NCBI GenBank assembly: GCA_963816355.1
Contig: CAWFKH010000004.1
Location: 128,001 to 192,000, forward strand
Direction of reading: 5' to 3'
DNA: 64,000 nt
Source of the DNA: an uncultured Gemmatimonadales bacterium
GTDB lineage: Bacteria > Gemmatimonadota > Gemmatimonadetes > Longimicrobiales > RSA9
In this document: piece after piece, positions 29,244 through 41,728 of the stretch
How positions within the stretch are numbered: the first letter of the stretch is position 1
How the letters are laid out: each line of letters begins with the position of its first letter
The notes under the pieces: model-generated
The model's database searches: none
Told to the model about the DNA's origin: nothing
The model's input: only the letters and a program-made list of their open reading frames with translations
Translations under genes and position numbers: made by a program

Positions 29244-29664
29244 AGTCTTTGGTCTGGGGGGTGGGGGTGGCGCGGTAGCACCAGGCTTCGCCTTGCAGGA
29301 CCAGCTCGCCGTCGCCGCGCACGACGCGGATGTCGAGGGCGCTGACCGGCTTCGTCGGATGGACGCTCTTCACGACGGCTTCGGCGGTGATCGTGTCGCC
29401 GATGAAGACGGGGGCGGTGAATTTCCAGTTCTGGCTGAGGAAGACGGTGCCGGGGCCGGGCATGTCCATGGCGACGAGGGCGTGGAGCAGGCCGGTGGTG
29501 AGGCCGCCCTGGGCGAGGAGCCGGCCGAAGCGGGTGCCGCGCACGAAGTCCTCGTCGAAGTGGAGCGGGTTGTGGTCGCCGGTGATCTCGGCGTAGCGCT
29601 CGACGTGCTCGCGCGTGACCGTCATCGAGCGGCGCGCGGTGCGTCCCACCTCTAGCTCGTCCAT
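29242..29664 (-). CDS. MaoC family dehydratase
   Basis: ITGDHNPLHFD, PGPGT, FTAPVFIGDTITA. Confidence 0.9.
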   Translation of the reverse strand: MDELEVGRTARRSMTVTREHVERYAEITGDHNPLHFDEDFVRGTRFGRLLAQGGLTTGLLHALVAMDMPGPGTVFLSQNWKFTAPVFIGDTITAEAVVKSVHPTKPVSALDIRVVRGDGELVLQGEAWCYRATPTPQTKD

Positions 29665-29847
29665 CGCTCTCCTCGAGGGTCGTCCGTTCGGCTGCACCCC
29701 TGACCGTTCGGCTGCACCCCTCACCGCCCGGCCGCCGCCCGAGGCCTCCTTCCCTCCGGGACGACCGGCGGGCGACGCCGCGATGCGCGGGGCGGCGGCG
29801 CGCCCGCCCGGACGCTCGATCGGGCCTGCCGGGGCGGCCTCGCCGAA

Positions 29848-31627
29848 CTACTGTCGGCAGCGCCCGTTCGGATCGGGCTTCGGGTGGTCCACCACGACGC
29901 GGTGGTCGAGGTCGGCGACGTGCAGCGCGACATCCTCGACGAAGCGGCCGATGCGTGCCATCCCGTCGTAGTCGATCGTCTGCGGCTCGTCGGTGACCTG
30001 GTGGTAGTCCGAGTGGAGCCCGGTGGTGAAGAACGTGATGGGGATGCCGAAGCGGGCGTATTCATAATGATCGCTGCGGCAGTAGATGTTGGACGGGTGG
30101 CCGTCGGCGTCCATCGCGTAGTCGAAGTGCAGCCCGTGCTTCCCCTCGACGTTCACCCGCTCGATCAGGTCGCCGAGCTCCGTCGAGAGGCGCCGGGAGC
30201 CGACGAGCTGCAGGTAGCCAGGGCCGCCGTGGAGCGGCGTGCCGTCCTTCGTCCGGCCGGTTTCGTCGTCGGCCCCGCCGCGGCCGATCATGTCCATGTT
30301 GAGCTGCGCCACGATCGAGTCGCGCGGCACGGTCGCGTGGTCGGTGAAGTACGTCGACCCGAGCAGCCCCCGCTCCTCTCCGGTGTGCCAGACGAAGAGG
30401 ATCGAACGCTTCGGCTTCACCGGCAACGAGACGATGCGCTCGGCGATCTCGAGCTCGGTCACGGTGCCGGAGCCGTCGTCGTCCGCGCCGTTCGAGATCG
30501 AGTCCATGCGGACCGGACCCGGGTGCGCGGCACGCCAGGCGCCGAGAAGCGAATCGACGGCCGCCTGCTCTTCCGGCGTCGCCTGCTTGCCGCGGTCGTC
30601 GGCGCCTTCCGGCCGCACGACGTGATTCCAGAATGCGCATCGAGTCGTTCGCGACCGGCGCCGCGGTATCGCCAATGTGGTCGTTGTGGGCGCCGATCGC
30701 AACGTATTCGCCGCGCAGCGCGGGATCGCTGCCGCGCACGATGCCGATCACGTTGCGCGCGGGCGTTGCGACCGGGTCCGAGGTGAAGCGGACGTCGATC
30801 GCCGCGTGGGTGCCGGCGGCGCCCGGGGCGAGACCGGCGATCGGCGATCCGAGCAGGCGGGCCGCGGCGGCCTCGGAGACGATGAAGACCGGCGTCTCGT
30901 CGCCGCCGGCGCCGTCCACCATCTGCGTGCGCGGCCGGGACAGGAAGCGCGAGAGAGCGCCGATGTATTCGTCCGCCACCGAGACGACCAGCGCGGAGGG
31001 ACCGGAGACGTCCGGCAGGCCGCGCAGCAGCGTGCGCAGGTTCGGCGCGCCCGTGGTGCTCAGCACCACGAGCTTGCCGCGCATGTGCGCCTCGTCGAGC
31101 GCGAGCGAGTCGCCCATCGCGCCGCCGAACACCGCCTCTGCGTCCGGGATCCTGACGCTGCGCCGCGCGCTCGGCGCGTAGTCGTGCCAGGCGACGAGCG
31201 GCTGGCCGCCGACGGTGAAGGAGGAAGCGTCGTCGAACGCGACCGTCTCGAGCGGGATGGTCTGGAAGTACGTCCCGTCCTCGCCGGCGGGCTGAATGCC
31301 GAGCCTCTCGAGCTCGCGGGCGATGTAGGCGGTGCCCTTGACGTTGCCGGCCGTGCCCGCCGCGCGGCCCTGCATCGAGTCGTCGGCGAAGACGTAGAGC
31401 CGGGTCATCAGGTCCGCCGCCGTGATGGCGGGCGAAGTGGGGCGAGGCTCGTGCTTCACCGGGAGCGCGGACTGCGCCGCGAGGCCGGCCGGGCGCAGCG
31501 CCGGAGCGAGCACGGCGAGCACGGTCAGCACGGCACAGTTCGCGAGAGGGCGCGTGGCGGCGCGGGCGGCGCGGGCGACGCGGGTCGTGTGGGGCCGGGC
31601 GTCCGTCGAGGGCGGTCGAAGCGACAT
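29848..31627 (-). pseudogene. M28 family peptidase, frameshifted near 30631
   Basis: N-half (DDSMQGR, RNVIGIVRGSDP, GAHNDH) and C-half (NGADDDGSG, TGEERGLLGS, LNMDMIGR, RSDH, DYHQ) lie in different frames; one extra base in atg cgc att c tgg. Confidence 0.8.
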
Positions 31628-31730
31628 GGCTGGGGCTCGGTTGCGAGAGGCGAAGGCCGGCCGCGTGGCGGCCGAGCTGCGCGCGAATGTTACCCCCGGC
31701 GGCCGCGAGGGACAAGCGGTCCGGAGCGGG

Positions 31731-32297
31731 TTACGGCCGGGGGGCGCCGGGGTCGGGAGAAGCTTCCTCGGCGACGATGTCGGCCGGCACCGCCTGCGCC
31801 CGCTTCGCGCGCCGGCGCCCACCGAAGCGGAACGGTCCGCCGAGCCGGAACCGGCCGCCGCCCAGCAGCACGAGCGCGATGGCGCAGATCAGGATGAGCG
31901 CCTCGACCTCGATCCCCCAGCCGCCGGTCGCGCGGTTCACAGTGAGCGCCTGCGGCCACTGCACGAGCAGGATCGCCATGACGAGGTCGACGGCGATCAC
32001 GAGCGCGGCGATGCGGGTCCACAGTCCGAGCACGAGGAAGACCGGCGCGACGAGCTCGGCGATGTAGGTGCCGTAGGCGAGGAAGTAGGGCAGCCCGGCG
32101 CTGCCGAGCGGCCCCGCGATCCAGGCGACGCCGTGGCTCAGCTTGAAGACGCCGTGGAAGAGGAGGATGGCGGCGAGGCCGAAGCGGAGCACCAGCCTGC
32201 CCGCGTCGTCGGCGATGGTGCCGCCCGCGGCGAGGCCGCGGGCGCCACCATCCCGCTGGGGAAGCGCGGAGTCGAGCGCGTCCCGGTCCGCGTTCAC
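31731..32297 (-). CDS. DoxX family membrane protein
   Basis: LVLRFGL..LLFHG..K, AEL....LVLGLWTRIAA, GGWGIE; GTGA overlap. Confidence 0.85.
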   Translation of the reverse strand: MNADRDALDSALPQRDGGARGLAAGGTIADDAGRLVLRFGLAAILLFHGVFKLSHGVAWIAGPLGSAGLPYFLAYGTYIAELVAPVFLVLGLWTRIAALVIAVDLVMAILLVQWPQALTVNRATGGWGIEVEALILICAIALVLLGGGRFRLGGPFRFGGRRRAKRAQAVPADIVAEEASPDPGAPRP

Positions 32298-32839
32298 GCG
32301 CCGTTCCCCTGGCTCGACGGCGGGACCATGCCGTTCATGCGGAGGTAGGTGACCAGGTTGCCGTAGTGCTCCCAGTCGTGGCTGGCGTTGAAGATCAGCA
32401 TGCCGAGGCGGCTGGTCTTCTGGCCGAAGATCTCCACCGGCTCCAGCGACTGCGCGTCGCTCATCCCGGAGTAGACGCCGTCGCAGTAGGCGTTGGACGC
32501 CTTGAGCGCCGCGACGAGGTCGGCCTTCGACGTCGCCTTCTCGAAGTCCTCCTTGCTCGGGCTCTCCTCGCCCTTCGCCGCCGCGCACATCGTGTACTGG
32601 GAGTTCGCTACGTGGCCGATGATCTGGCCGAAGCTGCGCACGCCGGCCGTCGGCGCGTAGCCGTACTTCCCCTCGGGCATCTGCTCCGCCGATTTCGTGA
32701 TGTAGCCCTGCACCATCTGGTAGTACGGGCGTGGCGCCGAGGCGCTCGCGTTGCCCTGACCCTGCATGCCGCCCATCGACTGCGCCGCCGCCGGCACCGC
32801 CAGCGCCAGCGCCGCCGTCACTGCGAGGATCCGTCTCAT
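32294..32839 (-). CDS. Secreted DinB family protein
   Basis: AEQMPE.KY...PT..VRSFGQ..GH, H..EHYGNLVTYLRMNG.VPPS; signal peptide. Confidence 0.88.
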   Translation of the reverse strand: MRRILAVTAALALAVPAAAQSMGGMQGQGNASASAPRPYYQMVQGYITKSAEQMPEGKYGYAPTAGVRSFGQIIGHVANSQYTMCAAAKGEESPSKEDFEKATSKADLVAALKASNAYCDGVYSGMSDAQSLEPVEIFGQKTSRLGMLIFNASHDWEHYGNLVTYLRMNGMVPPSSQGNGA

Positions 32840-32999
32840 TGCCTGCCTCCGGTTGGAAGGTCGCGAACGCCGCTCGCACGTGGGACCGGCGGAAGGACCG
32901 CCGCCGCACCCCGTACGATACGACTTCCGGCGGCGCCGCGGCCAGGGCCGTGTTCGCGCGGGCGAATCTGCGCTCCCGGCTCCCGCGCCCCACGACCGG

Positions 33000-33893
33000 C
33001 TATCGCAGCCGCTCGCGCAGACGCGCCGCGAGGGCCGCCAACCGGGCCCGCACGCGCTGGCGGCGGGCGGCGCGGCGGAGGGGCGGGTCGTCCGTGAGCT
33101 CGGCGACGCGGGCGTACGCACGCGCGTTGGCGAGCAGGGCGGCGGAGCGCGTCACGCCGCGGGTCGAGCGCCCCTCGTGGATGCGGATGCGGGCGAGCAC
33201 CGCGGGCTCGACCACTGCGGGCGCCGCGAGCGCGAGCCGGAGCATCAGCTCGTAGTCCTCGCGCAGCCGGAGGGCGGGGTCCTCGTCGAACCCGCGCAGG
33301 CGTTCGAACAGCTCCCGCTCGAGCATGACGGTGCACAGCGCGACGGACGCCTCGGTGGTGATCATCGGCAGGGCGAGATCGCCCTCCAGCGCCCTCCAGC
33401 GCCCGCCGCGCGGCGCCGCGGACACGCCGCGTTCGTCGACGTGGTCGTAGCGCGTGTAGCACCAGCGGCCGGGCGCCCGCGCGAGCCGCCGCAGTTGGGC
33501 CTCGAGCTTCGCGGGGCGCCAGAGGTCGTCCGAGTCGAGGAAACACAGATAGCGGCCGCGCGCGGCGCGCGCGCCGGCGTTGCGAACATGCGCGACGTTC
33601 GCGCCGTGCGGGAGGCGGAGCGAGCGCACACGGGGATCGGCGGCCGTCGCCAGCCACTCGGCGGTGCCGTCGCTCGAGCCGTCGTCGACGACGATCAGCT
33701 CGAGGTCCGCGTGCGTCTGCGCGAGAACGGAGGCGACCGCCTCGCGCAGCAGCGGGAGGCGGTCGTAGGTGGGGATGACGACGGAAACGTCCGGTGCGCC
33801 GGGGACGGCCGGCGCAGCGGGGTCGTCCGGTGTGCCGGGGACGGCCGGCGCAGCGGGGTCGTCCGGTGCGCCGGCGCCCCCGCCGCCGCTCAT
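33000..33893 (-). CDS. Glycosyltransferase family 2
   Basis: VSVVIPTYDR, VVDDGSSD, RNAG, FLDSDD, EDYE; ATGA overlap; 36-bp coding tandem repeat at 33788-33874. Confidence 0.9.
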   Translation of the reverse strand: MSGGGGAGAPDDPAAPAVPGTPDDPAAPAVPGAPDVSVVIPTYDRLPLLREAVASVLAQTHADLELIVVDDGSSDGTAEWLATAADPRVRSLRLPHGANVAHVRNAGARAARGRYLCFLDSDDLWRPAKLEAQLRRLARAPGRWCYTRYDHVDERGVSAAPRGGRWRALEGDLALPMITTEASVALCTVMLERELFERLRGFDEDPALRLREDYELMLRLALAAPAVVEPAVLARIRIHEGRSTRGVTRSAALLANARAYARVAELTDDPPLRRAARRQRVRARLAALAARLRERLR

Positions 33894-36310
33894 TCGGCGC
33901 CGAGCGTCTCTCGCGGCTCGACGCGTGTGCCGCGCAGGGAGGAGACGAAGCTGGCGGCCCACGCGGCGGTGCCGAGCACGGCGAGCACGCCGGCGAAGGT
34001 GAGCGGATCGGTTGGACGCACCCCGAACAGGAGGTTCTCCATGATGCGGGTCAGCGCCAGCGCGAGGACGACGCCGGCCGCGGCGCCGAAGCCGGCCGCC
34101 ACCATGTATTCACGCTGCAGCGCGCCGCGCAGCGCGCGCGGCGTGGCGCCGAGCGCGAGGCGGATGCCGATCTCGCGGCGGCGGCGCGCGACCGCGTAGG
34201 CGACGACGCCGTAGACGCCGACGGCGGCGAGGGCGAGCGCGATCGCGGCGAAGCCGAGCACGACGAGGAGCAGGAAGCGGCGCGTGCCGAGCGCCTGCCC
34301 GATGCGCTGCCGGAGCGGCTCGAAGCGCACCGGCACGTCCGAATCGAGGTCGTGCACCGCCTGGCGCACGGCGGGGGCGAGCGCCTCCGGCCGCCCCCGC
34401 GCCGGCTGCAGCACGGCGGTCATGCTGAAGGCGCGCGTCGGCCGTTGCGTGTAGGGGAAGTAGAAGGTGGGCGCGGGCGCGGCCGTGAGGTCGCTCTGGC
34501 GCACGTCGCCCACGACGCCGACGACGGTGGCCCACTTGTCCTGGTTCCAGAAACTGTCCATGCCGCCGCCGGTCATCTGCTTGCCGATCGGGTCCTCGCC
34601 GGGCCACGCCAGCTCGGCGAAGGCGTGGTTGACCACGACGACGTGCGCGGCGCCGGCGACGTCGCGCGGCTCGAAGAGGCGGCCGCGCAGCAGCGGGATG
34701 CGCATGACGCGGAAGTAGTCGGCGTCGGCGAGCTGGTACTCGCCGCTCGCGGTCGGCTGGGGCCCGCCCTGCACCTCCACCTTGCCGTTCGAGGGGCGGT
34801 CCATCGGCGCCATCGTCACGAGACCGGCCGCCTCCACGCCGGGAAGCGCGCGCAGCCGCTCGGAGAGCGCCTCGAAGTAGCGGCGCTTGGCCTCGTCGTC
34901 CGGGTAGCGCGCCGTCGGCGGGTCGACGGTGGCGGTGAGGAGGCCGCTGGTGCGGAAGCCGGGGTCGACGTCGAGCACGGAGCGGAAGCTGCGCAGCAGC
35001 AGGCCGGAGCCGACGAGCAGCACGAGCGCCAGCGCGGTCTCGCACCCGATCAGCCATTTCCAGATCCGCTGCCTGCGCCGATCGGTGCCCCCGCGCGCGC
35101 CACCGCGCAGCGACGCGACCGCGCCGCGCGCCACCCGCAAGCCGGGCAGCAGGCCCGCGACGACCGCCGCGACGAGCGCCACGACGAGCGTGAAGACGAC
35201 GACGCGGAAGTCGAGCCGGATCGCGTCGAGCCGCGGCAGTCCGGGCGGCGCGAGGGCCGGCAGCGTCCGGACGACGATCCAGCCGGCGCCGATCCCGAGC
35301 AGCGCACCGGCGACACTGAGCGCGCCGACCTCCGCGACGACGACGCCGATGAGGCGCCGCCACCCGGCGCCGAGCGCATGGCGCACGGCGAGCTCGTGCT
35401 CGCGCGAGGTGCCGCGGGCGAGCGTCGCGCTCGCGAGGTTGGTGCACGCGACGAGCAGCACGAGCAGCGCCGCACCGAGCAGGATCCAGAGCGGCCGCTG
35501 CACGTCTCCGACGATGGTGTCGCGCAGCGGCGAGACCGCCGCGGCCCGCGGGAAGTACGCATCCTCGCCGGGATCGGAGAGCGCGCCGGGCTCGTCCGCG
35601 AAGTGGCGGGTGATCGCGTCCAGCTCGCCGTCCGCCTGGGCGAGCGTAGCGCCCGGCTTGAGGCGGCCGATGGCGATGTAGTTGTGCGTCGTGCGGTCCG
35701 CCGAGGGCTGTCTCAACTCGACCGGATACCAGATCTGGATGTCGCCCGGGAAGTCGAACCCGGGCGGCATGACGCCGACCACCTGTACGCGGAAGCCGCT
35801 GACCGTCAGCGGATGGGCCGCGAGGTCCGGGTCCGCCCCGAGGTGTGCGCGCCAGAAGGCGTCGCTCACCACGACGACGGGCGCCGCGCCGAAGCGGTGG
35901 TCCTCCGGCCGCAGCGCCCGGCCGCGCTCCGGCACCGCGCGCAGCGTGCGGAAGAAGCCGTCGCTCACGCCGGTCACCCCCGCGCGCAGCGGCTCGGAGG
36001 TGCCGAGCACCGTGGACTCGCCGCCGCGGAAGAAGACGGCCATGCTCTCGAAGCGGGTGGCCGAGCGGCGCCAGTCGTCGAAGTTGTGCCACGCGACCCA
36101 CATCGTGTCCGACTGGCCGTTCACCTCGGCGAGGCGGACGAGACGATCCGGCGCCGGGTACGGGAGCGGCGAGAGGAGCACGCCGCCGACGATGCTGAAG
36201 ACGGCCGTGTTGGCGCCGATCCCCAGCACCAGCGTGATCAGCGCGACGAGCGTGTAGCCGGGCTGGCGCGCGAGCGACCGTAGCGCCACCCTGATCCCGT
36301 GCAGCGACAT
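33890..36310 (-). CDS. ADOP family duplicated ABC permease (MacB/FtsX domains)
   Basis: LGIGANTAVFS, LLVACTNLA, VGVYGVVAY, EIGIRLALGA, DP.TF. Confidence 0.92.
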   Translation of the reverse strand: MSLHGIRVALRSLARQPGYTLVALITLVLGIGANTAVFSIVGGVLLSPLPYPAPDRLVRLAEVNGQSDTMWVAWHNFDDWRRSATRFESMAVFFRGGESTVLGTSEPLRAGVTGVSDGFFRTLRAVPERGRALRPEDHRFGAAPVVVVSDAFWRAHLGADPDLAAHPLTVSGFRVQVVGVMPPGFDFPGDIQIWYPVELRQPSADRTTHNYIAIGRLKPGATLAQADGELDAITRHFADEPGALSDPGEDAYFPRAAAVSPLRDTIVGDVQRPLWILLGAALLVLLVACTNLASATLARGTSREHELAVRHALGAGWRRLIGVVVAEVGALSVAGALLGIGAGWIVVRTLPALAPPGLPRLDAIRLDFRVVVFTLVVALVAAVVAGLLPGLRVARGAVASLRGGARGGTDRRRQRIWKWLIGCETALALVLLVGSGLLLRSFRSVLDVDPGFRTSGLLTATVDPPTARYPDDEAKRRYFEALSERLRALPGVEAAGLVTMAPMDRPSNGKVEVQGGPQPTASGEYQLADADYFRVMRIPLLRGRLFEPRDVAGAAHVVVVNHAFAELAWPGEDPIGKQMTGGGMDSFWNQDKWATVVGVVGDVRQSDLTAAPAPTFYFPYTQRPTRAFSMTAVLQPARGRPEALAPAVRQAVHDLDSDVPVRFEPLRQRIGQALGTRRFLLLVVLGFAAIALALAAVGVYGVVAYAVARRRREIGIRLALGATPRALRGALQREYMVAAGFGAAAGVVLALALTRIMENLLFGVRPTDPLTFAGVLAVLGTAAWAASFVSSLRGTRVEPRETLGAE

Positions 36311-36423
36311 CGAGCCTCCTCCTCAGCGGTGTCTGGGAACCTGCCTCCGGGGTTGGACCGCCACGCCCCGTGAACGGTTGGAAACGGCGCTCCGTTCCTT
36401 CGGGGCCCGGCGCCAGGCCGCCT

Positions 36424-37026
36424 CTACTCCCCTCGCAGCAGCGGCCCGACCAGGCGCGCGTACTCGCGCATCGCCGCGTCCAACTCCTGACGGCGCGCGG
36501 AGCCGCCATGCACCACCCGCATCGCCGCGGGCGGAGCGGGGACCGTGCCGCGCCCCAGCGCGGCGGTGAGACGGAGCGCGAAGGCGTGGGCGTCGCGCAC
36601 CGCCGCCGCGGGGTCCGCATCGAAGCGGTCCCGGATCGCCTGCCACTCCGCGTCGTGGTGGCGCAGCAGCGCGGGGTCGGGCACCGGCTCGTGCGTCGCC
36701 GCGCCGACCTCGTGCGCCGCCGGCGCGTGGGGCGTCGCGGCGGGGGGCGCCGCGGGGGGCGGGGCGTCCGCCTCGCCGCTCGCGTCGTCCGCCTCCGCGA
36801 GCGACGCCGCCGGCTCGGCCGCGGCGGAGGAGGTCGCGTCGCGCGCGCCCGAAAGGGTCGGCATGCGGCGGATGCCGCGCGCCCGGGCCTGGCCGCCGGC
36901 GGCGAAGAAACGGTCGATCAGGGGATCCGCGCGCGGCTTCAGGAGCAGGTAGACGAGCACGACTCCCGCCACCACGAGCAGGAAGACGACGACGACCGAC
37001 AGGAGCTGGACCGTCTCAGGCGACAT
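36424..37026 (-). CDS. Hypothetical membrane-anchored protein
   Basis: N-terminal TM (LLSVVVVFLLVVAGVVLVYLLL), AP-rich linker, W.AI..RF..DP..AV..A C-terminal helix. Confidence 0.55.
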   Translation of the reverse strand: MSPETVQLLSVVVVFLLVVAGVVLVYLLLKPRADPLIDRFFAAGGQARARGIRRMPTLSGARDATSSAAAEPAASLAEADDASGEADAPPPAAPPAATPHAPAAHEVGAATHEPVPDPALLRHHDAEWQAIRDRFDADPAAAVRDAHAFALRLTAALGRGTVPAPPAAMRVVHGGSARRQELDAAMREYARLVGPLLRGE

Positions 37027-37195
37027 GGGTCCCACTGCGGAAGGGGGCACCGGGGCACCCGCCAATGGTGCCGGATCGCGGGCCGACCGGCAATGACCTC
37101 GTCGCGGGGGCGATGACGGTCGGCGGCCGCCGATTGCGCAATGCGTTCGACGGCACGCGAGCCGCCATCACTTCCATCGCTCTCCTGGAGGCACC

Positions 37196-37672
37196 ATGAC
37201 CCGACGTACGCTGACCACCGCCCTGCTGCTGCTGGCGACCGCAGGCTGCGGCTCCAGCGCGGACGTGACCGGACCCACGAACGTCACGCTGCAGCACGGC
37301 TCGATGAGCGTGAAGATCGACGGCCAGCAGTGGACCGCGACGACCGGCCTCAGCGCGGGGTTCTCCAACGGGATCCTCGCCGCCGCGGGCGTCGACGGCT
37401 CCGCCACCTCGTTCGCCTTCGGCGTGGCGGCGAGCGGACCGGGCACGTACACCATCGGACCGTCGTCGACGCTCAACGCGATCCTCACGCAGGGCGCCTC
37501 GTCGCAGGCGTGGTCGGCCGTGCTCACGACCGGGAGCGGCACCCTGACGATCAACTCGCTCTCGGCCACGGGCGCATCCGGTACGTTCTCCTTCACGGTG
37601 GCGCCGAACGCCCAGAGCGGTGCCAGCGGCAATCGAACGCTCACGGAGGGCCGCTTCGACCTCACGTTCTGA
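37196..37672 (+). CDS. Hypothetical lipoprotein (beta-rich)
   Basis: GGAGG RBS, lipobox TAGC, SGTFSF...TEGRF motif. Confidence 0.7.
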   Translation: MTRRTLTTALLLLATAGCGSSADVTGPTNVTLQHGSMSVKIDGQQWTATTGLSAGFSNGILAAAGVDGSATSFAFGVAASGPGTYTIGPSSTLNAILTQGASSQAWSAVLTTGSGTLTINSLSATGASGTFSFTVAPNAQSGASGNRTLTEGRFDLTF

Positions 37673-37675
37673 GGC

Positions 37676-39793
<2,118 letters not shown>

Positions 39794-40005
39794 CCGGTGT
39801 TTCCGGGAGTCCGGACGAGGGCACCGGTGGTACCCGGGATGAGACGTTCCCCTGCAATAGTAGTGAATGCACGGCGTGAAGCGAACGGTACTGGTGGGCC
39901 GCCATTGGCGGAACCTTCGTCTGCGTCGTTAGACTTCGAGAGTGATCGACCGCATGGCCGCCGGGCGCCGAACGCCGGGGGCACCGCTCCAGACCACGCT
40001 ATACG

Positions 40006-41082
40006 ATGAAGCACTGGCACGAGACGCTGGCGATCGCCCGTCGCATTCGTGACGCTTCACAGCCGCGCGACTTCGCGGTCGCCACGGTGGTGCGCATCGA
40101 CGGCTCGGCGTATCGCCGTCCCGGCGCGAAGCTGCTGGTCGACGCGGGCGGCGACATGCTCGGCGCCGTCAGCGGCGGCTGCCTCGAGGCGGACGTGCGC
40201 GAGGTGGGCCTCGCCGCCATGCGGGACGGCCGCTCCTGCACGCGCCGCTACGACACCGGCACGGACGAGGAGACCGTGTGGGGCCTGGGTCTCGGCTGCG
40301 AAGGGCACGTGGAGCTGTACGTGCAGCCGATCACCGAAGCGACGACTCCCGTGTGGCGAGCCGTCGGCGATCTGCTGGAGGGCGAGGACGCCTTCGCGAT
40401 CGCCACCGTAACGGACGGTCCCGGCACGGGCCGCTCCCTCGCCGTCACCACCGCCGGCATCGCCGCCGGCACCACCGGTGAGCCGGATCTAGACGCCGCC
40501 ATCGCACGAGCGGCGGCGGCGCTCATCCCGGCAGGTTCCCCCTCTCTGCAGAGCATCGGCGCGGCGACGCTCTTTCTCGATCTCCTGGTCCCGCCGCCCA
40601 GGCTGGCGATCTTCGGCGCGGGCGACGACGCGATGCCGCTCGCCCGCGTCGCCGCCGGGACCGGGTTCCGCGTCGCCGTCGTCGACCATCGCCCCGCCTT
40701 CCTCACCGGCGAGCGGTTTCCCGCCGCGGCACCGCGCCTGATCCGGCGCTCCGCCGCGGGGCTGGACGGCCTGCCCCTCGGCGCGGACGACGCCGCCGTC
40801 GTCATGATGCACGCGCTCGAGCACGATCGTGAATGGGTCCGCGCCCTCGCCGCCTCGGATGTCGGCTACATCGGCGTGCTCGGGCCGCGGGACCGCATCG
40901 CCCGCATCCGCGACGCCGTCGGAGGCGACGCCGGCGGTCGCATCTACGGCCCCGTCGGCCTCGACATCGGGGCGGACGGCGCGGAGGAGATCGCGCTGAG
41001 CATCCTGGCGGAGGTCCTCGCGGTGCGCTCGCGGCGCGAGCCGCGCCACCTGCGCCAGCGCGCGACGGCGATCCATGCGTGA
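40006..41082 (+). CDS. XdhC/CoxI family molybdoenzyme maturation protein
   Basis: GSAYRRPGA, SGGCLE, GLGC.G, GPVGLDIGA...EEIALSI. Confidence 0.9.
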   Translation: MKHWHETLAIARRIRDASQPRDFAVATVVRIDGSAYRRPGAKLLVDAGGDMLGAVSGGCLEADVREVGLAAMRDGRSCTRRYDTGTDEETVWGLGLGCEGHVELYVQPITEATTPVWRAVGDLLEGEDAFAIATVTDGPGTGRSLAVTTAGIAAGTTGEPDLDAAIARAAAALIPAGSPSLQSIGAATLFLDLLVPPPRLAIFGAGDDAMPLARVAAGTGFRVAVVDHRPAFLTGERFPAAAPRLIRRSAAGLDGLPLGADDAAVVMMHALEHDREWVRALAASDVGYIGVLGPRDRIARIRDAVGGDAGGRIYGPVGLDIGADGAEEIALSILAEVLAVRSRREPRHLRQRATAIHA

Positions 41083-41728
41083 TCGCAGCGCGGACGCGCC
41101 GACCGGCCCCGCCGCGACGGCGGGCGTGCTGCTCGCCGCGGGCACCGGCTCGCGCATGGGTCGCAACAAGCTCCTGCTGGAGGTGGAAGGGGAGCCGCTC
41201 GTGCGCCGCGTGGCGCGCCGGGCTCTCGACGCCGGCCTCGGTCCCGTGATCGTCGTCGTCGGATTCGAGGCGGATCGCGTCGTCGCGGCGCTCGACGGGC
41301 TGGCGGTGGAGACGGTGCGCAACGCCGCCTTCGCGCGCGGCGTGGCCGGCTCGCTGCGGCGCGGCGTCGCGCGGGTGCCGGCGCGGTGCGACGCAGCGGT
41401 CGTGCTGCTCGCGGACATGCCGTTCGTGACGAGCGCGATGATCGCCCGCGTCGTCGCGCTCCGCCGCGAGAGCGGAGCGCCGCTCGTCGTCTCGCGCTAC
41501 GGCGAGGCGCAGGCGCCGCCGACGCTGTACGCGCGCGCGTTGTTCGGGGAGCTCACCGGCCGCGACGACGGGGCGCAGGACGCGGCGCCCGGCCCGGGGA
41601 AGCGGGTCGTGCGGAGGCACCGCGCGGAGGCGGTCCGCGCCGAGTGGCCCGCGGACGCGCTCGCGGACATCGACGAGCCCTCCGACTACGACGCGTTCGG
41701 CCGGCGCCTCACCGGAGCCTCTTCGTGA
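41075..41728 (+). CDS. mocA: Molybdenum cofactor cytidylyltransferase-like nucleotidyltransferase
   Basis: LLAAG.GSRMG.NKLLL, LADMP, DID; located in the cox cluster. Confidence 0.8.
   Translation: MRDRSADAPTGPAATAGVLLAAGTGSRMGRNKLLLEVEGEPLVRRVARRALDAGLGPVIVVVGFEADRVVAALDGLAVETVRNAAFARGVAGSLRRGVARVPARCDAAVVLLADMPFVTSAMIARVVALRRESGAPLVVSRYGEAQAPPTLYARALFGELTGRDDGAQDAAPGPGKRVVRRHRAEAVRAEWPADALADIDEPSDYDAFGRRLTGASS

Noticed and set aside
39794..40005. Moco riboswitch upstream of xdhC
   Set aside because: I could not recognise the conserved motif; an Rfam scan would be needed.
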